From Candidatus Poribacteria bacterium (lineage in GTDB: Bacteria > Poribacteria > WGA-4E > WGA-3G), in the NCBI GenBank assembly GCA_964291315.2, contig OZ219753.1, positions 1,600,001 to 1,664,000 on the forward strand: DNA of 64,000 nt, given 5' to 3'. Shown here in pieces: positions 49,888 through 60,100 of the stretch. Both the position numbers and the translations under genes were made by a program. The notes beneath the pieces are model-generated. The model was not told the DNA's origin and ran no database searches. It saw only the letters and a program-made list of their open reading frames with translations. Every line of letters begins with the position of its first letter. The first letter of the stretch is position 1.

Positions 49888-51774
49888 TTGAGAAATCTAA
49901 TTGTTACTGTTGCCGTTGTTTTGGTGCTTGTCGTTGCAATCGGCTGGGTTGTGCTCGGGCGCGGCAAAAATGGGACCGATCCGACGCCCGACCAGAAAGT
50001 CGAAGTTATTAAACGCGACAGCTTCCAAATGCGCATCAGTGCAACCGGCAACTTAGAACCACTTCTCGACGTGGAAATTAAATCCAACGTTGAAGGTGAA
50101 ATCATTAAACTTCACGTTAAAAATAGCGATTATGTTGAAAAAGACCAGATATTGATAGAACTCGACCCGGAGCTCTACCAAGAAGGCAAAAAACAAGCGG
50201 AAGCGGATGTCCGAGCTGCTACTGCACAAGTCAAACAGGCAGACTTAAACATTCAACTTAAAAACGAACGGCTTGAAAGTCAACTAACACAAGCTGATGC
50301 CGATTTGAAGATCGCGCAAGCCAACCTGGAGACGGCTAAAGCCACAACTATAACACAAATCAGCCAAGCAGAGACAAACATCCAGACCACACAGAACTCG
50401 CTCGACCAAGACCACATAGCGTTAGAGCAAGCCAAAATCGCGCTCGAACAAGCAAAGATTACACTGGCGGAGCAGGAAACGTCCATGAAATCCGCCAAGA
50501 TTTCATTAGACAACGCGAAGTCAGAACTCGATCGAAACACTGAACTCTTTGAAAAGGGACTGGTTTCCAAAAAATCTCTGGAAGACGCACAAGCACAGTA
50601 CGCAAACGCAGAGGCTCAGTATGAAACCTCCCAGAAACGTGTTGAGTCGCAGAAGCAGACGATCGTTTCCCAGGAACGGACCATTAAAGTCCGTGAAAGT
50701 TCCATAGCCAACAGGGAGGCAACGTTGGAAAACCAGAAGTTGAACCTCGAAAACCTCAAGAAGATGCGTAAGAAAACTGAGGAAGAGGCCCAACTCCGGG
50801 TTGACAATGCTGAGACGCAACTCAATGAATTGATGCTCACCTTCGATAATGAAAAATCGTTGACGGAGCAATCCAAAGTCAGTGCTGAAGCGAATAAACT
50901 TCGCAGGGAAAGTAGCCTGAAAAATGAAGTAGAACGACTTGAGTGGACTACGATTAAGGCACCGATGGCGGGCATCGTTACGCTCTTGGAGCTTGAAGAG
51001 GGCGAAATTGTGACCTCCGGGCGCTCAGCGTTTTCGCAAAGCCCGCCCCTTATGACAATCGTTGATCCGTCCAAAATGGTTGTCAAAACGTTTATCAACG
51101 AGGTCGATATGGAGCGGCTGCGTCTCGATCAAAAAGTAGAAATTGTTGTGGATGCCTTTCAAAATAAAAAATACGAGGGGCGGGTCTATGAAATTTCACC
51201 CAGCGGGCAGGAACAAGATAATATCATTTCCTTTGAAGTGATGGTAGAGGTTCTCGGATCTCCTGAAGAGCTTCGCCCCGGCATGAGTGCGGACGTTGAC
51301 ATCATCACCTATGAAGAGAAGAACGTGCTGATGGCACCCATTGATGCAGTCATCAGCGAAAAAGGGGCAATCGTCAACGCTCAAGTTGGTAATACATCTC
51401 CGTTCAAGCCGAACCAGCCGATCACGATGGAGACGGTCAGCGAGAAGACTTTCAACGGCACGGTCGAGAGCGTCGGAAACGGTAGTGTGACTATCCGTTT
51501 GGATGGCACGCAGCGCGGGATCCGGCCGGGGCCAGCGACGGTATCATTTCTTATCAAAGGGCGGAAAAAAGCCGACGGTGTCAGCGCACAGGTGAACCTC
51601 CTAAAAGGAAAATCCGTCATGTTAGACGACGGGAGTTCTAATGGCAAGAGAACGCCTGTTGAAACCGGAATGCAAAACGAGACACAGGTTATCATCAAAA
51701 GCGGTGTAACCGAGGGTGATCGAGTGTTTCTGCAGCAGCGGAAACCGCCACAAAGTCGTGGATGGGGGCGATAG
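49888..51774 (+). CDS. MacA-like periplasmic adaptor (membrane fusion protein) with very long coiled coil
   Basis: N-terminal TM, SATGNLEP, lipoyl-like halves flanking about 250 aa of coiled coil, TIKAPMAGIV, LRPGMSADV. Confidence 0.88.
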   Translation: MRNLIVTVAVVLVLVVAIGWVVLGRGKNGTDPTPDQKVEVIKRDSFQMRISATGNLEPLLDVEIKSNVEGEIIKLHVKNSDYVEKDQILIELDPELYQEGKKQAEADVRAATAQVKQADLNIQLKNERLESQLTQADADLKIAQANLETAKATTITQISQAETNIQTTQNSLDQDHIALEQAKIALEQAKITLAEQETSMKSAKISLDNAKSELDRNTELFEKGLVSKKSLEDAQAQYANAEAQYETSQKRVESQKQTIVSQERTIKVRESSIANREATLENQKLNLENLKKMRKKTEEEAQLRVDNAETQLNELMLTFDNEKSLTEQSKVSAEANKLRRESSLKNEVERLEWTTIKAPMAGIVTLLELEEGEIVTSGRSAFSQSPPLMTIVDPSKMVVKTFINEVDMERLRLDQKVEIVVDAFQNKKYEGRVYEISPSGQEQDNIISFEVMVEVLGSPEELRPGMSADVDIITYEEKNVLMAPIDAVISEKGAIVNAQVGNTSPFKPNQPITMETVSEKTFNGTVESVGNGSVTIRLDGTQRGIRPGPATVSFLIKGRKKADGVSAQVNLLKGKSVMLDDGSSNGKRTPVETGMQNETQVIIKSGVTEGDRVFLQQRKPPQSRGWGR

Positions 51775-51788
51775 ACAGAAGTATTCGC

Positions 51789-51812
51789 TGCCTCGATCTT
51801 CAGATCGAGGCA
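51789..51812. terminator. Hairpin between convergent genes
   Basis: TGCCTCGATCT-TC-AGATCGAGGCA; no U-tract. Confidence 0.45.
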
Positions 51813-51816
51813 CGCA

Positions 51817-52617
51817 CTACAGCTGAATCACCTGTCCATCATAGGCAAGATAGGCATTGTCGGAGAGCTCAATCTCCATCTCTTCACACTGCTCCGGGAA
51901 ATACCGATGGTCCAACCGGTGCATGATATGTGTAAAGCGGGTGATTTTCGGTTTCAGGGCCCTGCTAATTTCTAACGCTTCACCAACCGAGAGATGCGTC
52001 GGGTGTCGCGGGTTGAAACTCAACGCGTCAATTACCAATACCTCAATTCCGTTCAATAAGTCTTGCGACGCGGCCGGCAGTCGTTTGACATCTGGGAGAT
52101 ACCCGAAATCGTCGACGCGGTAGCCGTAGGTGTCAACATTTCCATGTTCAACTGGAATCGGTATAATATCAAAGCCGAGCAGTTCAAATCTCTGATCCGG
52201 CTCAACCACATTTGGCAGCAGATGCCCGACCCCGCCCCCCTGAAAGGTCTCCTTTGTGAACATATAATCGAAGTTGCGTTGTAAGATGTTCATCGTCTGC
52301 TTGGGACCGTAGATAGGCATATCCATCTGCTGCTTCCGGCACGGCATCACAATATCGTTTGTTCCGCTGACGTGGTCAGCGTGAGAATGTGTGAAAATAA
52401 CAGCATCTATCCAATCAATCTGATTCTGCACGATCTGATCCATGAAATTGGGACCGAGATCAAATTGAAGATGTTTTCCCTCTTTTTCTATATGGATCGA
52501 TGAACGGGTTCGATAGTTCTTCGAGTTAACGTCCCTTGCCTCTTCGCAAGTTTCACAATCACATTTATATTCAGGAACGCCTGTGGAGGTCCCTGTACCT
52601 AAAATCGTAATCTTCAT
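51817..52617 (-). CDS. PhnP-like MBL-fold metallohydrolase
   Basis: LGTGTSTGVP..C.CETC, THSHADH, THIMH. Confidence 0.88.
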   Translation of the reverse strand: MKITILGTGTSTGVPEYKCDCETCEEARDVNSKNYRTRSSIHIEKEGKHLQFDLGPNFMDQIVQNQIDWIDAVIFTHSHADHVSGTNDIVMPCRKQQMDMPIYGPKQTMNILQRNFDYMFTKETFQGGGVGHLLPNVVEPDQRFELLGFDIIPIPVEHGNVDTYGYRVDDFGYLPDVKRLPAASQDLLNGIEVLVIDALSFNPRHPTHLSVGEALEISRALKPKITRFTHIMHRLDHRYFPEQCEEMEIELSDNAYLAYDGQVIQL

Positions 52618-52847
52618 TTTTCGGTATTAAATCTGCACACCTTGCTGTGTATTCGCCCCTAAGTGATCCGTTTCACGATGGTTGTCGACTAAGTCTAATC
52701 GTCTTCGGATTACAAAAGAGCTCTTAATAATTTTCAGCGTTTAACGTCCGGACCGGAGGATAAAAGAGAGAAAGGATGGAAGAACTCCGCGTCCAGCTAC
52801 GCTGCTTCTAATCGCCACTGGTTACTATTCTTTCTTACAACTATTAA

Positions 52848-53609
52848 ATGAGTAAACTTACGCCCCAAGAATGTCTTGCCCTCGCTGACGTGCTAAGAGA
52901 TACACCGATAACGGTTATTCCTGTGTGCCGCTTGAAACAAGGCACATGCGATGCCTACATTGCTGGTACGTTATCGGACATCACCGCTTCACTCATTTTT
53001 GATGCATTCTGCCCGGAGGAACCGTCTGGCTTTGGTATAGACGCCGAAGCACTGTGGCAACTGCTGAGATCCACTCACGGGTGGAGCTGCATTAACGTAA
53101 ATACCGCATGCGCCAAACCGCTCGGGTCACTTATTGAAGCGGACACCGGACTGCCAGTCCGCTATTATGGCGATGTTTATCACGCCCTCTTAGAACCCGT
53201 TCGTCGACATCTGAGCGAGCCGGTTCGACTTTTAACATTGGAAGATGTCGATCGTTTGGCAAAAGCTCCTGCGGAAGTCCAAGGCAACGGGTATAAAACA
53301 TGTGAGGCAATGATAACAGACGGTATCGCCGCTGGAGCCGTTGTGGACGGTAAAATCGTTGCCATCGCCCATACGTACGCGGCGACGCCCTTGCATGCCG
53401 ACATCGGTGTCTCTACATTGGAAACGTGGCGCCAAAAAGGATTCGCCACTGCTGCGGCAGCCCTTGTCGCTCAAGAACTCCAAGCAAGAGGCAAAGTGCC
53501 TGCTTGGAGTTGTGGAGAAGACAACACGGCTTCGCTTCGTGTGGCGCGAAAACTCGGTTTCACTGAAGTCGCTAGACGCACCTATGTGATCCCGATTTCA
53601 CCAGGATAG
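52848..53609 (+). CDS. GNAT family acetyltransferase
   Basis: DIGVST..WRQKGFAT, NTASLRVARKLGF. Confidence 0.85.
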   Translation: MSKLTPQECLALADVLRDTPITVIPVCRLKQGTCDAYIAGTLSDITASLIFDAFCPEEPSGFGIDAEALWQLLRSTHGWSCINVNTACAKPLGSLIEADTGLPVRYYGDVYHALLEPVRRHLSEPVRLLTLEDVDRLAKAPAEVQGNGYKTCEAMITDGIAAGAVVDGKIVAIAHTYAATPLHADIGVSTLETWRQKGFATAAAALVAQELQARGKVPAWSCGEDNTASLRVARKLGFTEVARRTYVIPISPG

Positions 53610-53616
53610 GGCACCA

Positions 53617-54876
53617 TTATCCGAGAGCTTCGTCTACCTTGTTGATAGCAGCTGCCATTCGCTGGGCATGCTTTTCTTGCATATTGACGTTGAATCCGAA
53701 CCGGAGCGCGCGTCCGAGAACGGATAGCGTTTTCGGACACATATCTCGCGAATACGCGACCTTTCCTTTATAGCGTGGATCTTTCCATGGGTACCCTGAT
53801 GCGTCCGGTGAGTGTTTAAATAAAATGGAGTCCCAATAAGTGTAGATGTGGCGATCGGGGAAACCTTCATTGTATGCCGTACCCGCATTAAGTCCCTCTG
53901 CTTTGAGCGCATGGGCGTACTTTTTGGCAAGCTCTGCATCTTTCACGATAATTGCAGCACTGATACCGCAGTCTCCGGTCGGATCATCTACATGTTGCCG
54001 GATATAGCCTTTCGGTGTCTCAGCGAGCTCGGCCATGAACATTTTTTTGAGTCGGCGTGTGTGGTTCAAGATGCCCTCCAATTTTGAAAGCTGCACGCGT
54101 GCGATCGCGCCTAAAATTTCGCTGGTTCGATAGCATTGCCGCGAGAAAGGTTTATTCTGCCACTCAGCATCGCTCATCCACATTGGTAGCCCCGGTTCTG
54201 CAGCGAATGCTGCCCGCTCATACACATCGTAGTTGTCGGTGAAGACAAGGCCCCCTTCGCCGCAAGAGATTACTTTGTAGTAGTTAAGACTCCATGCCCC
54301 TGCCTCGCCCCATGTGCCTGTGTATTTCCCTTTATACTGCCCGCCGACAGACTGACAACAATCTTCAACAACCAAGAGATTGTGCTTCTTCGCAAGTTCG
54401 ACAATCGCCTCAAGCCGACATGGCACTCCTTGCATGTGCACCGGCAAGATGGCTCTGGTATGCGGTGTAATTTTCTGCTCTACATCCGCCACATCTAAAC
54501 CGAGCGAATCATCAATTTCGGCTATGACAGGAATCGCACCTACACCGACGATAGCGGCGGCAGTCGCGATAAACGTATAGCCCGGTACGATCACTTCATC
54601 CCCCGGACCGATGCCGACCCCGGTCAACGCACAGATGATCGCTGAGGTGCCTGAGTTCACCATCAAAGCATATTTGGTGCCGAGATGTGCTGCTGCTTCC
54701 TTCTCAAAATTGGCTACATTTGAATCTTCAACAAACCGAAAGAGTTTCTTACTGCGCAAGACCTCTGTCACCGCGTTGATCTCACGGTCATCTATTAAAC
54801 TGGGGCCGTGCATTCCGCCCGGTATCGGTTCTGTGATAACCGGTGTGCCGCCATCTATTGCTAAGCGTTCTGCCAT
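53617..54876 (-). CDS. DegT/DnrJ/EryC1/StrS family PLP aminotransferase
   Basis: NSGTSA, GDEVIVP, EDCCQ, SLNYYKVISCGEGG. Confidence 0.9.
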   Translation of the reverse strand: MAERLAIDGGTPVITEPIPGGMHGPSLIDDREINAVTEVLRSKKLFRFVEDSNVANFEKEAAAHLGTKYALMVNSGTSAIICALTGVGIGPGDEVIVPGYTFIATAAAIVGVGAIPVIAEIDDSLGLDVADVEQKITPHTRAILPVHMQGVPCRLEAIVELAKKHNLLVVEDCCQSVGGQYKGKYTGTWGEAGAWSLNYYKVISCGEGGLVFTDNYDVYERAAFAAEPGLPMWMSDAEWQNKPFSRQCYRTSEILGAIARVQLSKLEGILNHTRRLKKMFMAELAETPKGYIRQHVDDPTGDCGISAAIIVKDAELAKKYAHALKAEGLNAGTAYNEGFPDRHIYTYWDSILFKHSPDASGYPWKDPRYKGKVAYSRDMCPKTLSVLGRALRFGFNVNMQEKHAQRMAAAINKVDEALG

Positions 54877-55064
54877 TACTCCTCCTTCACAATCAATGTA
54901 ATACACGAAATGGACTTATCCTCTTCTCAGACCAAATTTGAAAAAGTGCGAGTATAGGGACACTCTACCAGATATATCTCTATTTGTCAATCGTGTTTTC
55001 TAACTGCTGTTTGCAGATAGCTATCTTGTAAGCCGGCTCCAAACCCTGATTCCTCATGGCCCAA

Positions 55065-56012
55065 CTACCTATGCCACCACGGTTTTTTGCCTTGATACGA
55101 TGCTAGGAGTTTTGAAATCGCGCGCGCCTTTTTGTTTAGACGCAGTACGTTCTCACACGCTTCAACCACCTTCTGTTTGATGTCCTCGTCTTGAGTGGTC
55201 TGATAGGCGTGATGATAGCTCCGCGCGACAGCGGTATAGTACGTTTCAGGAGCTACAACGTCAGGCACTTCAGCAGGCAATCTTGCAAGCATCTCCACCG
55301 CCGCTTCCCATGCCTCTGCTTCGGTATAACAGACCAGCTGCTGGCAGCGCAGCTGCTCCTGCAAAGGATCAAGCCAGAGCGCCTGCTCATAACACAGTAA
55401 CGCCTCTGTGTAAGCTCCATTGTCAACGTGCAACTGGGCGAGTTCGGAATAGAACACGTACAACCCGCGCTCCGTTATCGTATAGAGCGACACCCCGGTA
55501 CTGACAAGCCAATCTTTTTCCAGAAGAAACTCTATTGCTGAGTTCCGTTCTTCCTCTGTGATCTGGATGTCAGTAAGGAGATGTTTGGCAACAGCGGCGT
55601 TTGGAAAGATTTTGGTGCGACTTTTGAGCAGCGGATAGGCTTGGACAGATTTATCCATAGATATGAGTTTAATCCCCGTAGCGATACGGAAAAGAGATAC
55701 GATCTGATCGCTATTTTGGCGGGACATCTGATCAGCAACCGACTCTCGATTCTCTGAAAAATAGAGATTCAACTCAGCCATGGCGTTTCGGATAACCGGG
55801 TCGCTTGGCGAGAGTTGATGAGCTTTCGCTAAAAACCGTTGTGCTACGAAAAGCTCCCCCCACGTCCGGTAGATCATGCCAAGCTTAAAGTTCGCTAGTG
55901 CAAGAATAGCTGTTTCATCCGGCATCTTAAGGATGTTCTCGTAAGCTTGAACGGCTTCGTTCAACCTGTTTTCTGTTTCTAACCGCTGTGCATCCGTGAT
56001 TGAATTTGGCAT
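55065..56012 (-). CDS. Tetratricopeptide-repeat-like protein
   Basis: TPR-like helices (ANFKLGMIY, LAQLHVDNGAYTEALLCYEQALWLDP). Confidence 0.7.
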   Translation of the reverse strand: MPNSITDAQRLETENRLNEAVQAYENILKMPDETAILALANFKLGMIYRTWGELFVAQRFLAKAHQLSPSDPVIRNAMAELNLYFSENRESVADQMSRQNSDQIVSLFRIATGIKLISMDKSVQAYPLLKSRTKIFPNAAVAKHLLTDIQITEEERNSAIEFLLEKDWLVSTGVSLYTITERGLYVFYSELAQLHVDNGAYTEALLCYEQALWLDPLQEQLRCQQLVCYTEAEAWEAAVEMLARLPAEVPDVVAPETYYTAVARSYHHAYQTTQDEDIKQKVVEACENVLRLNKKARAISKLLASYQGKKPWWHR

Positions 56013-56101
56013 GATATATATTTCCTTGAAGACGGTCTGAGCCAGGGAGTATCCTTCAGTATTCTGTTATAGCGAAGCAGGTTAAACGCAGTGCCACTGG
56101 C

Positions 56102-56320
56102 CTACCCAGCCGGTTCTGACATCCACTTCTCTGTTGCCACTGCAAATTCTTTGGACAGTTCTTCAGAAACAGTCTGTTCCAAGAGTTGAATGACATCCTC
56201 ACGGAATTTAATCCAGTCATCCCCGCGGCGAGTAAACCGGTGCCTGTCTTCAATTTCAATAAACATCGTGTCGTTTGGGTTGGTCATAGATTCAAAATAA
56301 CGTCTAACATTCATAGTCAT
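56102..56320 (-). CDS. Small hypothetical protein (72 aa)
   Basis: Co-directional ORF with protein-like composition and purine-rich leader. Confidence 0.55.
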   Translation of the reverse strand: MTMNVRRYFESMTNPNDTMFIEIEDRHRFTRRGDDWIKFREDVIQLLEQTVSEELSKEFAVATEKWMSEPAG

Positions 56321-56453
56321 CTCTCTTTTTCATTCGCTGTCGGTTTCTAGTTTTCGGAAACCGCTAGTAATTTGTTTGTAATATCCGCAGTCCGTTACTG
56401 TCTGCTATGGGCTGACAAATGTTGAGAGGGTTGCCTGGGGCCCAACTGCTTGT

Positions 56454-57134
56454 CTATAGCCACTCGTGCATCTCCCAACCAGATGCAACTGCTTTCTGGC
56501 GGAGTCTTTTCCCTGGGTTGACGGCAACCGGGTTTCCAACGCATTCTAGCATCGGCAAATCCGATCGACTATCGCTGTAAGCGTAACTTTCTTTCAGCGA
56601 AATTTCATGTTGTTCAGCAAAAATTTGCATCATTTCTGCTTTCCGCTCTCCAATGAGCGGGGCGGTTGTGAGTTCACCAGTAAACCGACCCCCCTCCTCG
56701 CGGAGTTGCGGAGCTAGTACCGCATCAACGGAGAGATAATCCGCAATGGGCTGGACAATAAAATCGAGAGAACCGGTCACGAGAACTATTGCTGTGCCTT
56801 GTTGTTGGTGCTCCTGAATCTGCGATACCGCTTCGGAGAATATTTTTAGACGGAGGTAGGTCTCAAACATCTCCACTGATAACGCTTTAACCTCGGCAGC
56901 GTCCATGCCACGATAGTTCCGATAGAATACTTCGTTGAAACGGGTTCGGCTTATCCTATCTAAAATTAGATAGTAAGCGATTTTGGGGAGAAACGCGAGG
57001 AGCCATATTGGTTTCAGGAGGCGCGGCACCTTAACAGAACGCAGCCAAACATAGTAATGCACAATTGTGGACCTCAACAAAGTGCCATCTACATCGAAAA
57101 ATGCAACTGTTTTTTGTGCGTTTAGATTCAGCAT
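56454..57134 (-). CDS. HAD-IB (SerB-like) hydrolase
   Basis: FFDVDGTL, VTGS, K, YSDSRSDLPML...PVAVNP. Confidence 0.9.
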   Translation of the reverse strand: MLNLNAQKTVAFFDVDGTLLRSTIVHYYVWLRSVKVPRLLKPIWLLAFLPKIAYYLILDRISRTRFNEVFYRNYRGMDAAEVKALSVEMFETYLRLKIFSEAVSQIQEHQQQGTAIVLVTGSLDFIVQPIADYLSVDAVLAPQLREEGGRFTGELTTAPLIGERKAEMMQIFAEQHEISLKESYAYSDSRSDLPMLECVGNPVAVNPGKRLRQKAVASGWEMHEWL

Positions 57135-57185
57135 ATTTTTAACTGCGGTACGCTGTTGCTATGGGGCCCAATTCAGAGTCAAGTG

Positions 57186-60100
57186 TTAAAGCCCTTGTTT
57201 CAACACCGCTCCAAGTTCAGCAACGCGGTGTTGTGCCAGCTCCAAGAATTCCTGATATTTTTCTGGATCAAGCGGGCTTTCACAGCGCGCACCTCCAGCT
57301 GTTGATGGAAATATGAGCGGTTCTCCAAAAATGATGTGAACAGGGTGTCTCCTCGGAAAATTCTGCCCCTTCGGCAAGGCGCGATAGGTGCCATAAATAT
57401 AGGCCGGTATAATAGGAACGTTGGGGTCGTAGATGAGCAGGCTGAGTATTCCCGGTTTGAACGGTTGCAGATTACCGTCAAGGGAACGTGTCCCCTCAGG
57501 GAAGATAAGTAGGCCGTTATGTTGCGCCATCACGTCATTTGCTGTCCTGAGATCCTGTAGAAATTCGGTAAAATTGCCCTCTCGCTCTATCGGCAGCGCG
57601 TTGAGGCATGTCCGAGCGAACCAGCCTTGGAAACGGGTTGCAAACCAATAATCCCGCGCAGCGAGCGTCCAGAGCTGGTATGCCCGTTTTCCGAGGGCGC
57701 TAATGACCGCCAACGTATCCAGATGGCTGGTGTGGTTGGGCATAATGATATACGGTCTCCCTTGCGGGATATGCTCAAGACCGTGGCATTGCAATGAGAA
57801 ATAGTTCCTATAGATGCCAATAATCAGAGCGCGGAAAGCGCGCGCGTACCACGGAGGGATTTGTTTCAACGCCAACGTCTCGGTTTCGCCCTCGGGGTTT
57901 GTCTGTTTCACACTGTTCACTTGAAACGTCTCAACTAGCTTGATAACATCGCCTACCGTTTCCAAGTCTGCAAGTAACGCGTCCGGAATTGTTGCACCCA
58001 GTTTCGCTTCGAGGACCAACAACAGATCAAGCCGCCTCAGAGAATCGAGCCCCAAGTCGATATCCAAGCGACTCTTTAAATGGACTTGATGTACTGGCAT
58101 ACGTGCCAACCGAGCGAAGGTAGAGAGCATTTCTTCCGGAATATCAGTATGTGGTGAGGCAGATTCCGTGGTACTCGTTTCTGCTTCAGTATTTTCATGA
58201 GAGCGTTCTGCGTTTTCAAGATGCTTTTGTAAAAGATGCTTCAGGCGCTGCCGATCTATGTCTCCCGTCTCAGTCTTTGGTAGGGTATCCTCCCAGAAAT
58301 GGAATTTGTGAAATTGCTGATAGCTCGGGAGCTGCTTTGCCTGTATTTGAAGGTGGTGCTGGATCGCCTTTTTTGTTGCCTCTTCGGGCGATGTCGGCAC
58401 AATCACGGCATGGATAGCTGTATCAGAGCCGTCCTCGTAAGGAATACCGACAACGCATATTTCAGAGATAGCCGGACTGTTCCGATAAAGCACTTCTAAT
58501 TCGACAGGATAGACATTTTTTCCGGAAGCAGGAACGATAACGTCTTTACAGTGTCCGGTGAGGTAGAGGTAGCCGTCCGCGTCCATATATCCAAGGTCGC
58601 CTGTATGGAGCCAACCGTTTCGAACTGCTGCTGCTGTAGCGTCCGGGTTTTGATAGTAGGCCTTCATTGTACTTGGTCCCCTTGCGATAATCTCTCCAAC
58701 CCCGTCTTCAGATGGGCTTTCAATTTCGAGTTCCACCCCCGTTACCGCGGGTCCGACGGAACCGCGCTTACTCTTTAGGTATGGATTCACAGTGAGAACA
58801 GGGGCTGTCTCAGTCATACCGTAGCCTTGGTAGATTGTCATCCCAAACTTCTGGAACCCGTCATAAGTTGCATCGGAAAGTGAAGCGCCACCACTCACAA
58901 GCACGCGAATCTCGCCCCCCATAATAGATTTGACCCTTTCCTCCAAAGTTTCGCCCGCCGTGTCTTCGCGCGCCGCTTGTCGTTCAATCGTACCGTGAAG
59001 CAGCTGAAAAAGGCGTGGCACACCGATGAAGGCTGTTGTTTTTGCTTCACGCATCGTCTTCAGAAGTGTGGTTGGACGGAGCGTATTGACATAGACCGCC
59101 GTGGTGCCGCTGTAGAGTGCCATCAACAAGCTGCATGAAAAGCTCAAGGCGTGGTACAGGGGGAGTGCCGACAAGATGCGTTCTGTGTCTGTCGGCGGGA
59201 GTGCTTTTGCGACTGCCTGCACGTTGGAGAGAAAACCACCATGCGTGAGCACCGCGCCTTTAGGATCAACAGTGGTGCCCATTGTGAAGATAATAGAAGC
59301 CACGGTATCAGCGGATATTTCCACATTCGGAAAATCGGCAGCAACCTCAATAGGCAGCTCGCTGTTCCCCGCAGATTCAGATCCGACAGCTTCGCAGCTT
59401 CTATTGATGTTTTGTAACATCGTCTCTGCTGCTAATAAAGCCGCACCGGACTTCTCTAGGACAGCATCGGAAACTAAAATTGATTTTGCACTAGTGAATG
59501 CAGCAATTGCCAAGATTTCGCGGGTAGGTGTCTGGGCATCAAGCGGCACCACAGCCAATCCAATCTGCACAGCTGCAAGGTAGGCGATACACCATTCGGG
59601 CTGGTTCTCAGAGACCAACACCACGCGATCTTCTTTACACAACCCGCTTTTCGATAAGCGCCACGCGACTTGGCGCGACAACGTATAGGTTTCCGCGTAA
59701 GTATACTCTTTCCAGTCGCCCTCGTTCACCATCTGCAGGGCGATTTTATTCGGAATTCGTGAGGCCTGCATTTTAATCAGGTCTACAATCGTTTTGGGGA
59801 ACGTTTGTTTAGGTTTATCCGTTGTTGTATTATGTTTTCGTTGGGCGGGTGTACCGGACTCCTCTGATTCTTCCTCTGTGTCTACTTTACCCGCTTTTGT
59901 CTCCGACTCATCCGCAGCGCTGTCCTCAATCTTCAGCACATGCCTTTTGATACCGGGAATATGAATCTCTTGAAAATATCGCTTCCAATGGATTTTCGAG
60001 ACATCGAAGTTAAAACGCTGCTGCTCTGTAGGTGAGAGTGCTTTGTAGAGTCTTTGCATTTTCTCTGTTTCAAATTCAAAGTTGGTTCGAGTGTAGGGGG

